Counted from the first letter of the whole stretch, positions 11,707-21,046 are shown. The stretch: 61,213 nt of DNA, filler included, from 4 parts of 4 records of this genome joined end to end with filler, not necessarily neighbours in it; one strand, 5' to 3'. Made by a program: numbers and translations. Notes: generated by a model from the sequence alone, not told the origin.

Positions 11707-12903
11707 ATGAATTTTATAAAGAAAAATGTCCTTTTATTTTTAGGAGTTACTACACTATTTATTTCGTGTAAAGATACTCCTCAAAAGGAAGAAGTAAGTA
11801 AAGTTGACCCGATAATTAATTCGGTAAAAGAACAATATGCGCCAGATAAAAGGGTTGCCATGTTTGATATTGAAACTATTAAATCCAATAATGGTTATGT
11901 GGTAAAAGGAAGTTCTAATTTACCAGACGCCGTAGCAGATTTAAAAGGGAAACTAAAAGCTGAAAACATCAATTTTGTAGATAGCATTGAGATTTTACCT
12001 TCAAAAAAATTAGAAGGAAAAACTCAAGGAATTATAGCAATTTCTGCAGCAAATTTGAGAGGTAATCCAAGGCATTCAGCAGAACTCGTAACGCAAGGAA
12101 CTTTAGGAATGCCCGTAAATATTTTTAAGAAAGAAGGAAGCTGGTATTTAATCCAAACCCCAGATAAATACATTGCTTGGGTAGATTATGGAGGCGTAAC
12201 ACCTATGGATAAAGAAGAATTTAATACATGGAAAGCTTCAGATAAAATTATTTTTACCGCTACCGCAGGAAGTTCTTATGCTGAAGCAAATGCCAACTCA
12301 CAAGTAATTTCTGATCTCGTTGGTGGGAATATTTTAAGTTTACTAGACGAGAAAAATGATTTTTATGAAGTAAAATACCCTGACGGAAGGGTTGCTTATC
12401 TTAAAAAGAACGAAGCTAAACCTTACAAAGAGTGGATTAACTCTTTAACTCACACCAAAGAAAGCTTAGTAGAAACCTCTAAAACCCTCATGGGCTTACC
12501 ATATTTATGGGGAGGAACCTCTCCAAAAGGTGTGGACTGTAGCGGATTTACCAAAACTGTATATTTCTTAAACGGAATGGTGATTCCTAGAGATGCTTCC
12601 CAACAAATTAATGAAGGAATTTTAGTAGACGATACCAAAGATTTTAGTAAACTAATTCCTGGAGATTTACTTTTCTTTGGAAAAAAAGCAACAGATTCTA
12701 CCAAAGAGCGTGTTATTCATGTTGGTATGTGGATTGGCAACAACGAGTTTATTCATTCAGCAGGAAGCGTACATATTAGTAGTATGGATAAAAACGCCGA
12801 TAATTATGATGAATACAACCTAAACCGCTACTTACGTACTAAACGTATTTTAAATGAAGATTCTAAAGGGCTTATTTACTTGGATAAGAAAAATATTTTT
12901 TAA
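11707..12903 (+). CDS. NlpC/P60 (C40) peptidase with SH3-like domains, YkfC-like lipoprotein
   Basis: Lipobox FISC; PYLWGGTSPKGVDCSG, PRDASQQ, HVG and FIHS catalytic motifs. Confidence 0.9.
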   Translation: MNFIKKNVLLFLGVTTLFISCKDTPQKEEVSKVDPIINSVKEQYAPDKRVAMFDIETIKSNNGYVVKGSSNLPDAVADLKGKLKAENINFVDSIEILPSKKLEGKTQGIIAISAANLRGNPRHSAELVTQGTLGMPVNIFKKEGSWYLIQTPDKYIAWVDYGGVTPMDKEEFNTWKASDKIIFTATAGSSYAEANANSQVISDLVGGNILSLLDEKNDFYEVKYPDGRVAYLKKNEAKPYKEWINSLTHTKESLVETSKTLMGLPYLWGGTSPKGVDCSGFTKTVYFLNGMVIPRDASQQINEGILVDDTKDFSKLIPGDLLFFGKKATDSTKERVIHVGMWIGNNEFIHSAGSVHISSMDKNADNYDEYNLNRYLRTKRILNEDSKGLIYLDKKNIF

Positions 12904-13000
12904 TCCTTCCTAAAGAAATCAAACCCTTTATGAGAGATTGGAAAAATTAAACTTCCTCTATGGGGATTAAAATCCTGCTGAGCAGTTTTTTTTAAATCCC

Positions 13001-13008
13001 TATCTTTG
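13001..13008 (+). promoter_or_regulatory. Bacteroidota -7 promoter element for dusB
   Basis: TATCTTTG matches TAnnTTTG, about 53 nt upstream of the start. Confidence 0.6.
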
Positions 13009-13061
13009 CAAAATCAATAAACGCAGGTTAGAAAACCTATACAGCATTAAAACATAGAACT

Positions 13062-14054
13062 GTGGCAAAAATTGGAACGATAGATGTTGGAGAATTTCCG
13101 CTTTTACTAGCGCCAATGGAAGATGTTAGTGATCCTCCATTTCGTGCATTGTGTAAAGAGCAAGGAGCCGATGTAGTTTATACCGAATTTATCTCTTCGG
13201 AAGGTCTTATTCGAGATGCTGCAAAAAGTATGCAAAAACTCGATATCTACGAGAAGGAACGCCCTGTTGGAATCCAGATTTTTGGAGCAGAACTCGACTC
13301 TATGCTTCAAGCTATTGATATTGTAGAGAAATCAAATCCAGATATTATTGATATCAATTTTGGATGTCCAGTAAAAAAAGTGGTTAGTAAAAATGCTGGC
13401 GCTGGGATTTTAAAAGATATCCCTCTGATGGTAAAACTTACCGAAGAAATGGTAAAGCGCACCAATTTACCTATTACCGTAAAAACTCGTTTAGGTTGGG
13501 ATGCCGATTCTATAAAAATTGTTGAAGTTGCTGAGCGACTCCAAGACGTTGGAATTAAAGCAATTTCTATTCATGGACGTACTCGTGTCCAAATGTACAA
13601 GGGAAATGCTAATTGGGCTCCTATTGCTGAAGTAAAAAATAACCAACGGATGCACATTCCAGTTTTTGGAAATGGAGATGTTGACACTCCAGAAATGGCC
13701 GTTAAAATGCGAGACGAATACGGATTAGACGGCGCAATGATTGGGAGAGCTAGTATTGGATACCCTTGGTTTTTTAAAGAAGTAAAACACTTTTTTAAAA
13801 CTGGAGAACATTTAAATCCGCCTACTATTGAGGAAAGAGTAAAAGCCGCTCGCCGACACCTTCAAATGTCGATAGATTGGAAAGGTGAAAAACTGGGTGT
13901 TTTTGAAACTAGAAGACATTATACCAATTATTTTAAAGGGATTCCACACTTTAAAGAATACCGAATGAAAATGGTAACAAGCGATGAATCTGCAGATGTT
14001 TTCGCTGCTTTTGATGAAGTAGAGGAAAAGTTTTCTGATTTTCAGTTTGTGTAA
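13062..14054 (+). CDS. dusB: tRNA-dihydrouridine synthase B
   Basis: LAPMEDVSD, DINFGCP, TVKTRLG, IHGRT, GNGD and MIGRA; GTG start. Confidence 0.93.
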   Translation: MAKIGTIDVGEFPLLLAPMEDVSDPPFRALCKEQGADVVYTEFISSEGLIRDAAKSMQKLDIYEKERPVGIQIFGAELDSMLQAIDIVEKSNPDIIDINFGCPVKKVVSKNAGAGILKDIPLMVKLTEEMVKRTNLPITVKTRLGWDADSIKIVEVAERLQDVGIKAISIHGRTRVQMYKGNANWAPIAEVKNNQRMHIPVFGNGDVDTPEMAVKMRDEYGLDGAMIGRASIGYPWFFKEVKHFFKTGEHLNPPTIEERVKAARRHLQMSIDWKGEKLGVFETRRHYTNYFKGIPHFKEYRMKMVTSDESADVFAAFDEVEEKFSDFQFV

Positions 14055-14084
14055 AGTATGTTTTTAGATGTTTCATACCCCACA

Positions 14085-14111
14085 GTCATGTCGACCAAAG
14101 GGAGACATCTC
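14085..14111. repeat. Probable start of an interspersed palindromic (REP-like) repeat, cut by the contig end
   Basis: GTCATGTCGACCAAAGGGAGACATCTC folds as ATGTC-GA-CC-AAA-GG-GA-GACAT and lies exactly at the contig break. Confidence 0.45.
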
Positions 14112-14211
14112 NNNNNNNNNNNNNNNNNNNNNNNNNNNNNNNNNNNNNNNNNNNNTTAATTAATTAANNNNNNNNNNNNNNNNNNNNNNNNNNNNNNNNN
14201 NNNNNNNNNNN
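14112..14211. other. Artificial contig linker
   Basis: N44-TTAATTAATTAA-N44, which has stops in all six frames; the adjacent sigma gene is truncated. Confidence 0.99.
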
Positions 14212-14532
14212 TACGGCGTACGAAATAAATTTAAAACCACGGGTTTCGTCAAAACGTTTAGCCGCTTTTACTAGACCTACGTTACCTTCATTGATCAAAT
14301 CGGGTAGTTTTAAACCTTGATTTTGGTATTGCTTTGCAACAGATACCACAAAACGTAAATTAGCCTTCGTCAATCGCTCTAGCGCTACTTGATCGCCTTC
14401 ACGAATACGTTGTGCCAACTCGACCTCCTCATCAGCAGTAATCATATCGAGCTTACTTACATCTTGTAGATAGGTGTTTAAAGATTTTGATTCCCGATTG
14501 GTTACCTGCTTGGTGATTTTGAGTTGTCTCAT
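14212..14532 (-). CDS. RpoD/SigA-family sigma factor, Bacteroidota type lacking region 1.1 (3'-truncated; likely paralog)
   Basis: [14 protein letters not shown] start; [19 protein letters not shown] and [15 protein letters not shown] region 2 motifs. Confidence 0.92.
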
Positions 14533-14669
14533 ATAAAATTTATTTGTTAAAAGTAAATAGGACGTATTATAACATGGATAAATTTAAAATCAAATTAAAA
14601 TACCAATTTTATGATATTTTTAGCATTTATCCACTAAAATTATATTATTCCCAAAAAATGAGGAACATC

Positions 14670-17189
14670 CTAATTCTCCTCATCATTTTTCTTTTTCCTT
14701 TTCAAGAACGAAAAAAAGCCTCCGCTAGTATTCTCTTCTTCAACTTCTTCCGTTTCTTCTATTGCTTCATCGCTAATAACAGGTTCTTCTTCTGTTCTGA
14801 TGATAGCACCGTTATCGTCTAGATAAACTTTCTTTATAAATTTTTGTTCTTGTCCGTTGAAAATGGACTCAAAAAATTTAGTAACTCTAGAAGTGCTGTC
14901 TTTAACAATAGGAGCACAGCTTAGCGCTTCTCTCACTTCAGCGCTTGGTGCCATAAAGCGTTGCTTAGTCAATTCAGCATAAGTGGTATCCTGATTAAGT
15001 TGCTGCATAAACTTTGCGTAAATAGGTAATGCAGAATTTGCACCGGCACCTAAACCTGTACTGCTAAACCCAATTCTGTAATCGTCATTACCCACCCAAC
15101 TTACGGCAACCATATACGGTGTGAGGCCTACAAACCAGCCGTCTTTATTGTCTTGAGTGGTTCCGGTCTTACCTGCGATGTCATTTTTTAGCTTATACGT
15201 GTACCTTAGTCGGGTTGCCGTACCTTCACTTACAGTTCCGCGCATCATTTCTATCATGGCTTGTCGTGTAAAGTTGCGCATCACTGCTTTTTCAGGAACT
15301 TCAGGCTCAAATTGAGCAATGGTTTTACCTGCCCGATCAACAATTTTAGTAATGTAATACGGCTTCATAGGTCTTCCGCCATTTACAAAAGCGGTGTAGG
15401 CCGAAGCCAGATCACGCATTTTTATTTGTGCCGTCCCCAAAGCTAAAGAAGGTACTTGAGGAAGCTTAGAAGAAATCCCCATCCTACGCGCTTGGTTGAT
15501 CACTTTGCGTATTCCTACATCAATAATGACTTTTACGGCAACCGTATTGATCGAATTACTCAACGCGCCTTTAAGGGAATAGGAAAGATCTTCACCTTCA
15601 CCACCGGCATTTGCCGGCGACCACTCTTTATTATTAAAATAATAAATTTCCTGAGCGCCGTCGTAGTAGGTGCAAGGATCCATCTCTTGTTCTAGAGCAG
15701 TAGTGTAAACAAAAGGTTTAAATGTAGAACCTACCATACGCTCACTTTGACTCACGTGATCGTACTTAAAGTTTTCAAAGTCGATTCCGCCTATATATGC
15801 AAGAACGCCACCGGTTTGTGGATCTAAAGCCACAAAACCACAATTGAGCAATGATAAGTAGTGCGCTAAGCTGTCTTTAACCGAAATATCTTGTGTGGTC
15901 TCGTCTGTATTCCAATCAAAAATTTTGCGTTTTTGCTTTAGATTGAGTGAGTCCTCTAATGCTTCAGGCGAAATACTATCTTTAACTAAACGTTGATAAT
16001 ACGGAAGTTTTTTAAGACTTGGTTCTAATACCGAAGCTCGTTTCCACGGGGCATAATTCCCGTAGGCTTTCTCATATTGTGCTTGAAGTGCTGCCATATG
16101 TTCTCGCATTCCTGCTTCGGCATATTGCTGCATGGTTTTGTCTAAGGTGGTATGTATGGTTAAACCATCTTGATACAGGTCGTATGAAGAGCCGTCTTCC
16201 TTCTTATAATTTTTCAAAAGGTCTTGCGCTTCGCGACGAATAAGTTCTCTAAAATAGGGAGCAACACCTAGATCTGTACGTTTTTGATAACTCAACACAA
16301 TGGTGTCGCGTTCCATCCCCACAGTGTCTCGAGGTTGCAGGTAGTTATAACGCAACATCTGATTGATAACCACATCGCGACGTTTTTTAGCACGATCAGG
16401 ATAGACTCTGGGATTGTAACTGTTATTCGCCTTTAATGTTCCCACCAAAATAGCAGCTTCATTGAGCGTTAAGTTTTCGGTGTCTTTATTAAAAAATTTC
16501 TGACTGGCACTTTCTATTCCATAGGTGTTATCAGGAAACGGAACAGTGTTTAGATATAAATTGATGATTTCATCTTTGGTATAAACATCTTCAACACGCT
16601 GTGCGATGATGAACTCCTTGAACTTTGAAATTACCAAGTTGAAAGCCCCTGATCCTCGTCTTCCGTAGATGTTCTTTACCAATTGTTGCGTGATGGTGCT
16701 TCCACCTCCGGAGGAATCATCTTGCATTAACAAGGTTTTAAAAAATACACGCATTAAACTCACTTTGTCAACGCCATCGTGTTTGTAAAAGCGAGCATCT
16801 TCGGTAGCAATAAGCGCATTTTTTAGATGGGAAGGAATCTCATCAAAACCTATAGGGCGGCGGTCAAAAATATAGTATTTACCTATTACTTTTCCATTAC
16901 GATCAACAAGCTGAGTAGCAAGTGATTGCTCTAGGTGACTTAATTCATATTTTGAAGGGAGTGATCCCCAAACTCCAACATAAATACTGAAGAAAAACAA
17001 GGAGAATAAGAAGAAAAGAGACCCTAAACCTAAGAGTGGATAGCGCACCCATTTTTTCTTAATTGCTGAATTGAATTTTAGGGTTGCAAAGCGAAATCCT
17101 ATTTCTATGTATTTTAAAGTTTTTACAAAAAACTTTAGCGCTTTACTTTTTAACTCGGTCAGATTGCTATTTCCTAGGGGATTTTTCAT
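14670..17189 (-). CDS. Class A penicillin-binding protein (PBP1A family)
   Basis: Transglycosylase motifs EDARFYKHDG and GGSTITQQLVKN; transpeptidase motifs STFK, SIN and KTG; N-terminal TM anchor. Start set at ATG 17189. Confidence 0.92.
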   Translation of the reverse strand: MKNPLGNSNLTELKSKALKFFVKTLKYIEIGFRFATLKFNSAIKKKWVRYPLLGLGSLFFLFSLFFFSIYVGVWGSLPSKYELSHLEQSLATQLVDRNGKVIGKYYIFDRRPIGFDEIPSHLKNALIATEDARFYKHDGVDKVSLMRVFFKTLLMQDDSSGGGSTITQQLVKNIYGRRGSGAFNLVISKFKEFIIAQRVEDVYTKDEIINLYLNTVPFPDNTYGIESASQKFFNKDTENLTLNEAAILVGTLKANNSYNPRVYPDRAKKRRDVVINQMLRYNYLQPRDTVGMERDTIVLSYQKRTDLGVAPYFRELIRREAQDLLKNYKKEDGSSYDLYQDGLTIHTTLDKTMQQYAEAGMREHMAALQAQYEKAYGNYAPWKRASVLEPSLKKLPYYQRLVKDSISPEALEDSLNLKQKRKIFDWNTDETTQDISVKDSLAHYLSLLNCGFVALDPQTGGVLAYIGGIDFENFKYDHVSQSERMVGSTFKPFVYTTALEQEMDPCTYYDGAQEIYYFNNKEWSPANAGGEGEDLSYSLKGALSNSINTVAVKVIIDVGIRKVINQARRMGISSKLPQVPSLALGTAQIKMRDLASAYTAFVNGGRPMKPYYITKIVDRAGKTIAQFEPEVPEKAVMRNFTRQAMIEMMRGTVSEGTATRLRYTYKLKNDIAGKTGTTQDNKDGWFVGLTPYMVAVSWVGNDDYRIGFSSTGLGAGANSALPIYAKFMQQLNQDTTYAELTKQRFMAPSAEVREALSCAPIVKDSTSRVTKFFESIFNGQEQKFIKKVYLDDNGAIIRTEEEPVISDEAIEETEEVEEENTSGGFFSFLKRKKKNDEEN

Positions 17190-17196
17190 AAAGAAA

Positions 17197-17204
17197 CAAA
17201 TGTA
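17197..17204 (-). promoter_or_regulatory. -7 promoter element directly upstream of the PBP1A ATG
   Basis: TACATTTG on the minus strand (TAnnTTTG), 7 nt before ATG 17189. Confidence 0.55.
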
Positions 17205-17268
17205 CATGTATTTTATGCCCTCATCTATATAGCTTTAGATTAGTTTAACAACTATTTTAAGGATTTGC

Positions 17269-17296
17269 TGTAACAAAAAATGACCTTGTGCGTCTT
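17269..17296 (+). promoter_or_regulatory. Putative ECF sigma-factor promoter
   Basis: TGTAAC-N16-CGTCTT, the AAC/CGT architecture typical of ECF promoters. Confidence 0.5.
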
Positions 17297-17302
17297 ACTT
17301 GT

Positions 17303-17499
17303 ATAACATCAATCAAGAAGTTCTTTTAAATTATGAATTGTGTTGAAACTTCGTTCAGGCTTGGTCTGAATGGTGCTTCAAATCGATTGGCGAAATACAT
17401 CCTCAGGATGTGTTGCTGCCGGTTTAAATTTACATTCTAATTTATATATCAATCACAAAACGAGCGGTTATCTGATTCTTTTAGATAGCTGCTTTTTTT
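17303..17499 (+). ncRNA. Candidate structured small RNA (also carries a 35-codon ORF, 17333-17440); 5' end approximate
   Basis: Two long hairpins (17343-17381 and 17389-17420) with G-U pairs that favour the + strand, an upstream promoter-like motif and a downstream U-tailed terminator; no other convincing + strand gene. Confidence 0.55.
17463..17499 (+). terminator. Intrinsic terminator
   Basis: AGCGGTTATCTGA-TTCTT-TTAGATAGCTGCT-T6: a 13-bp stem with G-U pairs on the + strand. Confidence 0.8.
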
Positions 17500-17574
17500 A
17501 TTGGTGTTCTTCAAGAATTAGTATCGCTAAAGTTTATTTATTAAGATTCTTTCCCGAAGCTGGTCAGACTACAT

Positions 17575-19410
17575 TTACAACAGGGTTGATAGGAGTAAGG
17601 TTGCAGCGACGCATAGAATGATAGACAGAATTCCGCCTATTATAAAAAAGTGCTTAAATCGGTAGATTCCCAGATTGTATATTAGCGTATTGGTTTGATA
17701 ACCTACCGGAGTAAAAAAGCTGAAGTTTGCCGCAAACATCACAGCGAGTATAAATGGCTTGGCCGGTAGATCAAGACCTGCTGCGACTGAAATGGCTATG
17801 GGAGCCATAATTACCGCTGTAGCATTGTTAGAAATACTACCGCTCAAAATCATCGTGATCATAAATAGTGCAGCGAGAATAAACAGATTATTCTTTCCAT
17901 CAAAAAGGTTTAAGAGCTGTTCAGAAAGCCAAAGATCTGCCCCGCTATTGGTCATCGCCACACCTAACGGAATCATCCCGGCAAGTAGAAAGAAAATTTG
18001 CCAGTCTACCTTATGATAAATTTTGTTCATCTCAAGACTATTGGTTGCCAAAAGCAAACCAATCCCCGTAAGTGAACTCGCTAAAATACTGAGCAATCCT
18101 GAAGCAGCCATCGTAACCACAGCCACTAAAATGGCTGCCGTGATATACATCCTCTTTGGATTTTTAGTATTTGAAGATTCGTGCATTTTTAAGATCACAA
18201 TCCCTTCAAGGCGCTCTAAAGTATTGAGTTCGGTTTGTGTGATCTCTAAAAGAATACGATCGCCGGGCTTGATGCGGATTTGATTTAAATCTTTCCTGAT
18301 CAGACGCTCGGTGGTATTTCTGATGTTTTTGCGCTTTTTAATGGCGATGGGCAGTGCGCCTTCTAATTTGAGTCTTTTAAGGTTATTGAGTGTATTCCCT
18401 ATAAATGCTGATCCCGGAAGCACTAAAACTTCAACCAGCTGAATTTCTTGTTTATCCCGCTTGGTATCTGATTTGTCCTTATCGGTAACTTTTATGTCTT
18501 CAGTTTGTTCCTTTTTACTTCTTAAGGTACGTTGTGTAAGATGCTCTTCAGCGGAAATTCGTTCTATATTTTCCAGATCAGCCATAACCACAAGCCTATC
18601 GTTTTCAGCAAGAGTAATGTATTTTCCAGGAGCATTCGTAACCACCCGATCGCGTATGAGTTTCAGGAGCGTAACATCTGTGTCTTTAAATAAAAAGGTG
18701 TCTTGTATGGCTTTACCTATCAAAGGAGAATCGCCATTAATGGTGAGGGTGGTAATTAAATTATCAATCTCATAATCTGTTTCTAATCCTTCAGAAACAT
18801 TTTTTTTCGGTAGAAATTTTGATCCAAGAGTTACTACAACCACGCCAATGAGTAGAAAGATGACACCAAACCAAGCAAATTCAAAAAAGCCTAATTTTTC
18901 CACCCCGCGATTCTGCGCAACAGAATTGACAATTAGGTTAGTAGAGGTTCCCATCAGCGTGCAGCTTCCGCCTAAAATACCTGCAAAAGAGACCGGCAAT
19001 AATAATTTCCCCGCAGCAACGCCGTAACGCTCTGATAGTTGAAAAATGATTTTTATAAATACAATGACCACGGCAGTAGTGCTAATAAACGAGCTGATAC
19101 TTGCCGTAATGATCATAAATGTAGGGATCAGCAATAAAAGCGGAATGATGCTCAAGCGTTGCAAACCTCTTGTAAACCAAGCGATCACTCCATTGTCTTC
19201 AAGCGCTACGGCGATGATCATCAAAGCAAGAACGGTAATGGTCGCTGTGTTTGAGAATCCGCTAATGCCTTCTTCCGGAGTGACCAGTCCGGTAAGCATT
19301 AGAGCGATAATGATGAAAATCGCTATTTTATCAACTGGAAATAATTCAGTTACAAAAAGGAAAATGGTTATTCCTAGAATGATAAAAACTTCAATAATTG
19401 CAAGATCCAT
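17575..19410 (-). CDS. SLC13/CitMHS-family permease with two TrkA-C domains
   Basis: GGSCTLMGTSTN, SNNATA and TPVGYQTN motifs; two TM blocks separated by soluble RCK-C repeats (SPLIGK, SAFIGN). Confidence 0.88.
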   Translation of the reverse strand: MDLAIIEVFIILGITIFLFVTELFPVDKIAIFIIIALMLTGLVTPEEGISGFSNTATITVLALMIIAVALEDNGVIAWFTRGLQRLSIIPLLLLIPTFMIITASISSFISTTAVVIVFIKIIFQLSERYGVAAGKLLLPVSFAGILGGSCTLMGTSTNLIVNSVAQNRGVEKLGFFEFAWFGVIFLLIGVVVVTLGSKFLPKKNVSEGLETDYEIDNLITTLTINGDSPLIGKAIQDTFLFKDTDVTLLKLIRDRVVTNAPGKYITLAENDRLVVMADLENIERISAEEHLTQRTLRSKKEQTEDIKVTDKDKSDTKRDKQEIQLVEVLVLPGSAFIGNTLNNLKRLKLEGALPIAIKKRKNIRNTTERLIRKDLNQIRIKPGDRILLEITQTELNTLERLEGIVILKMHESSNTKNPKRMYITAAILVAVVTMAASGLLSILASSLTGIGLLLATNSLEMNKIYHKVDWQIFFLLAGMIPLGVAMTNSGADLWLSEQLLNLFDGKNNLFILAALFMITMILSGSISNNATAVIMAPIAISVAAGLDLPAKPFILAVMFAANFSFFTPVGYQTNTLIYNLGIYRFKHFFIIGGILSIILCVAATLLLSTLL

Positions 19411-19551
19411 AAATGGTGTTAAGAATAAGGTCTAAATTTAGTGGGAAAGAACACAGCATCTTGCCAAATATTCTATAAACAATTATAGATTTGATGAGAA
19501 AACAGTTTCTAGTAAATCTAAAATTTAAGGCTGAAATGGCCACAATTAGCT

Positions 19552-20151
19552 ATGTATAAAGTCTTAAGGAAGCATTTGGAGCGTGTTATTGAAATTTCAG
19601 ATCAAGAATTTGATGAATTCTGTAGTTTATTAGTGCTTCGGAAACTGCGTAGAAAAGAATTTCTAATTCGTCCCGGGGATCGCGTTACTTCAGAATTCTA
19701 TGTGGTTTCGGGGTGTTTACAAGCGTTTCATACTTCAGAAAATGGCGATCAATCTATTTTGCAATTTGGAATCGAAGATTGGTGGGTGAGCGATTTTGAA
19801 GCCTTTTTTAATGAAACACCGGCACGTTTAAGTGTAAGTTGTATTGAAGATTCAACGGTGCTAGAATTGAATAAAGAAATGCTCGAAGAACTTTACAAGC
19901 GTATTCCCAAGTTTGAGCGATTTTTTAGAATAAAACTCACTAAAGCTTTTGTGGCGCTCTATTCACGAATTCAAAACGGTTTAGAAAAAAACAGCACCGC
20001 GCGATATCTGGAATTTTGTGAGACTTATCCGCATATAGAACAGCGTGTACCTAATTATAAAATTGCCAGTTATTTGGGGATTAAGCCAGAATCGCTAAGC
20101 CGCATTCGAAAAGAGCTTGCAGAAAAGGAAGCTAGTATTAACAAGGCTTAA
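19552..20151 (+). CDS. Crp/Fnr-family transcriptional regulator
   Basis: cNMP-binding-type N-terminal domain and C-terminal HTH IASYLGIKPESLSRIR. Confidence 0.9.
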   Translation: MYKVLRKHLERVIEISDQEFDEFCSLLVLRKLRRKEFLIRPGDRVTSEFYVVSGCLQAFHTSENGDQSILQFGIEDWWVSDFEAFFNETPARLSVSCIEDSTVLELNKEMLEELYKRIPKFERFFRIKLTKAFVALYSRIQNGLEKNSTARYLEFCETYPHIEQRVPNYKIASYLGIKPESLSRIRKELAEKEASINKA

Positions 20152-20180
20152 CAACATTAGTAGATTCTTAACAGCAAAGT

Positions 20181-20194
20181 ATAACATAGGTCAA
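20181..20194 (+). promoter_or_regulatory. Possible Crp/Fnr-type operator upstream of the SDR gene
   Basis: ATAAC-ATAG-GTCAA resembles TTGAY-N4-RTCAA and sits between the regulator and the SDR gene. Confidence 0.35.
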
Positions 20195-20243
20195 TAAACT
20201 CAAGATAGGTGTATTTGTAACTTTACAAAAACAAAAAATTATT

Positions 20244-20987
20244 ATGAGTTTAGAGAACAAAAATATTATAGTAACGGGAGCTTCTAGTGGAATTGGTGAA
20301 GCTACGGCCAAAAAATTAGCCGCAGCCGGCGCTAATGTTGTAATTACTGCGAGACGTACAGAGCGTTTGAATGAATTGAAAGAGGCAATTGAAAAAGATG
20401 GCGGAAAAGCACTTGCGATTACTGGAGACGTTACCAGTAAAAAAGATTGGAAAAGCATTGTAGAGCACACGCATAAAACTTTTGGAAAAGTGGATGTCTT
20501 GGTAAATAACGCCGGACTGATGCCTTTATCTTTCGTTGAGAATTTAAAAACTGAAGAATGGGATAAAATGGTAGATGTTAATATTAAGGGTGTGCTTAAT
20601 GGAGTTGCTAGCGTAGTTCCTGATATGAAGGAGACAAAAGCGGGTCACATTGTCAATATTTCATCTGTTGCAGGTAGAAAGATTATGCCTGCAGGGGCCG
20701 TGTACTGTGCTACCAAATATGCAGTACGTGCATTAAGTGAAGGTATCAGATTAGAAATGGGACCAAAGTATAATACTAAGGTAACTTCCATTGAGCCTGG
20801 TTTTGTAGCGACAGAACTGACCAATACGATCACAGACGACGATGTAAAAGATATGATGTCGCAATTTGAAGATTTAACTCCGTTACAAGCGAGTGATATT
20901 GCAGATTCTATTTATTACGCATTGACGCAGCCAGAACATAGTAGTGTTAATGAAATTTTGATCAGACCAACTAATCAAGATTTATAA
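20244..20987 (+). CDS. SDR-family oxidoreductase (YdfG-like)
   Basis: TGASSGIG, NNAG, SSVAG and YCATK. Confidence 0.92.
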   Translation: MSLENKNIIVTGASSGIGEATAKKLAAAGANVVITARRTERLNELKEAIEKDGGKALAITGDVTSKKDWKSIVEHTHKTFGKVDVLVNNAGLMPLSFVENLKTEEWDKMVDVNIKGVLNGVASVVPDMKETKAGHIVNISSVAGRKIMPAGAVYCATKYAVRALSEGIRLEMGPKYNTKVTSIEPGFVATELTNTITDDDVKDMMSQFEDLTPLQASDIADSIYYALTQPEHSSVNEILIRPTNQDL

Positions 20988-21019
20988 GATCTGAGATCAT
21001 AACCTGTTGAATAAGTAAG

Positions 21020-21046
21020 AAGTCCGGCGCAAGTCGGACTTTTTTT
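21020..21046 (+). terminator. Intrinsic terminator after the SDR gene
   Basis: AGTCCGGC-GCAA-GTCGGACT-T6. Confidence 0.85.

Noticed and set aside
14156-14167. TTAATTAATTAA palindrome occurring three times
   Set aside because: Embedded in N-runs with identical geometry; a synthetic six-frame-stop linker, not a biological repeat.
17370-17621. 83-aa + strand ORF in the PBP1A-SLC13 gap
   Set aside because: It runs through a strong terminator and into the convergent gene, and has no recognisable motif.
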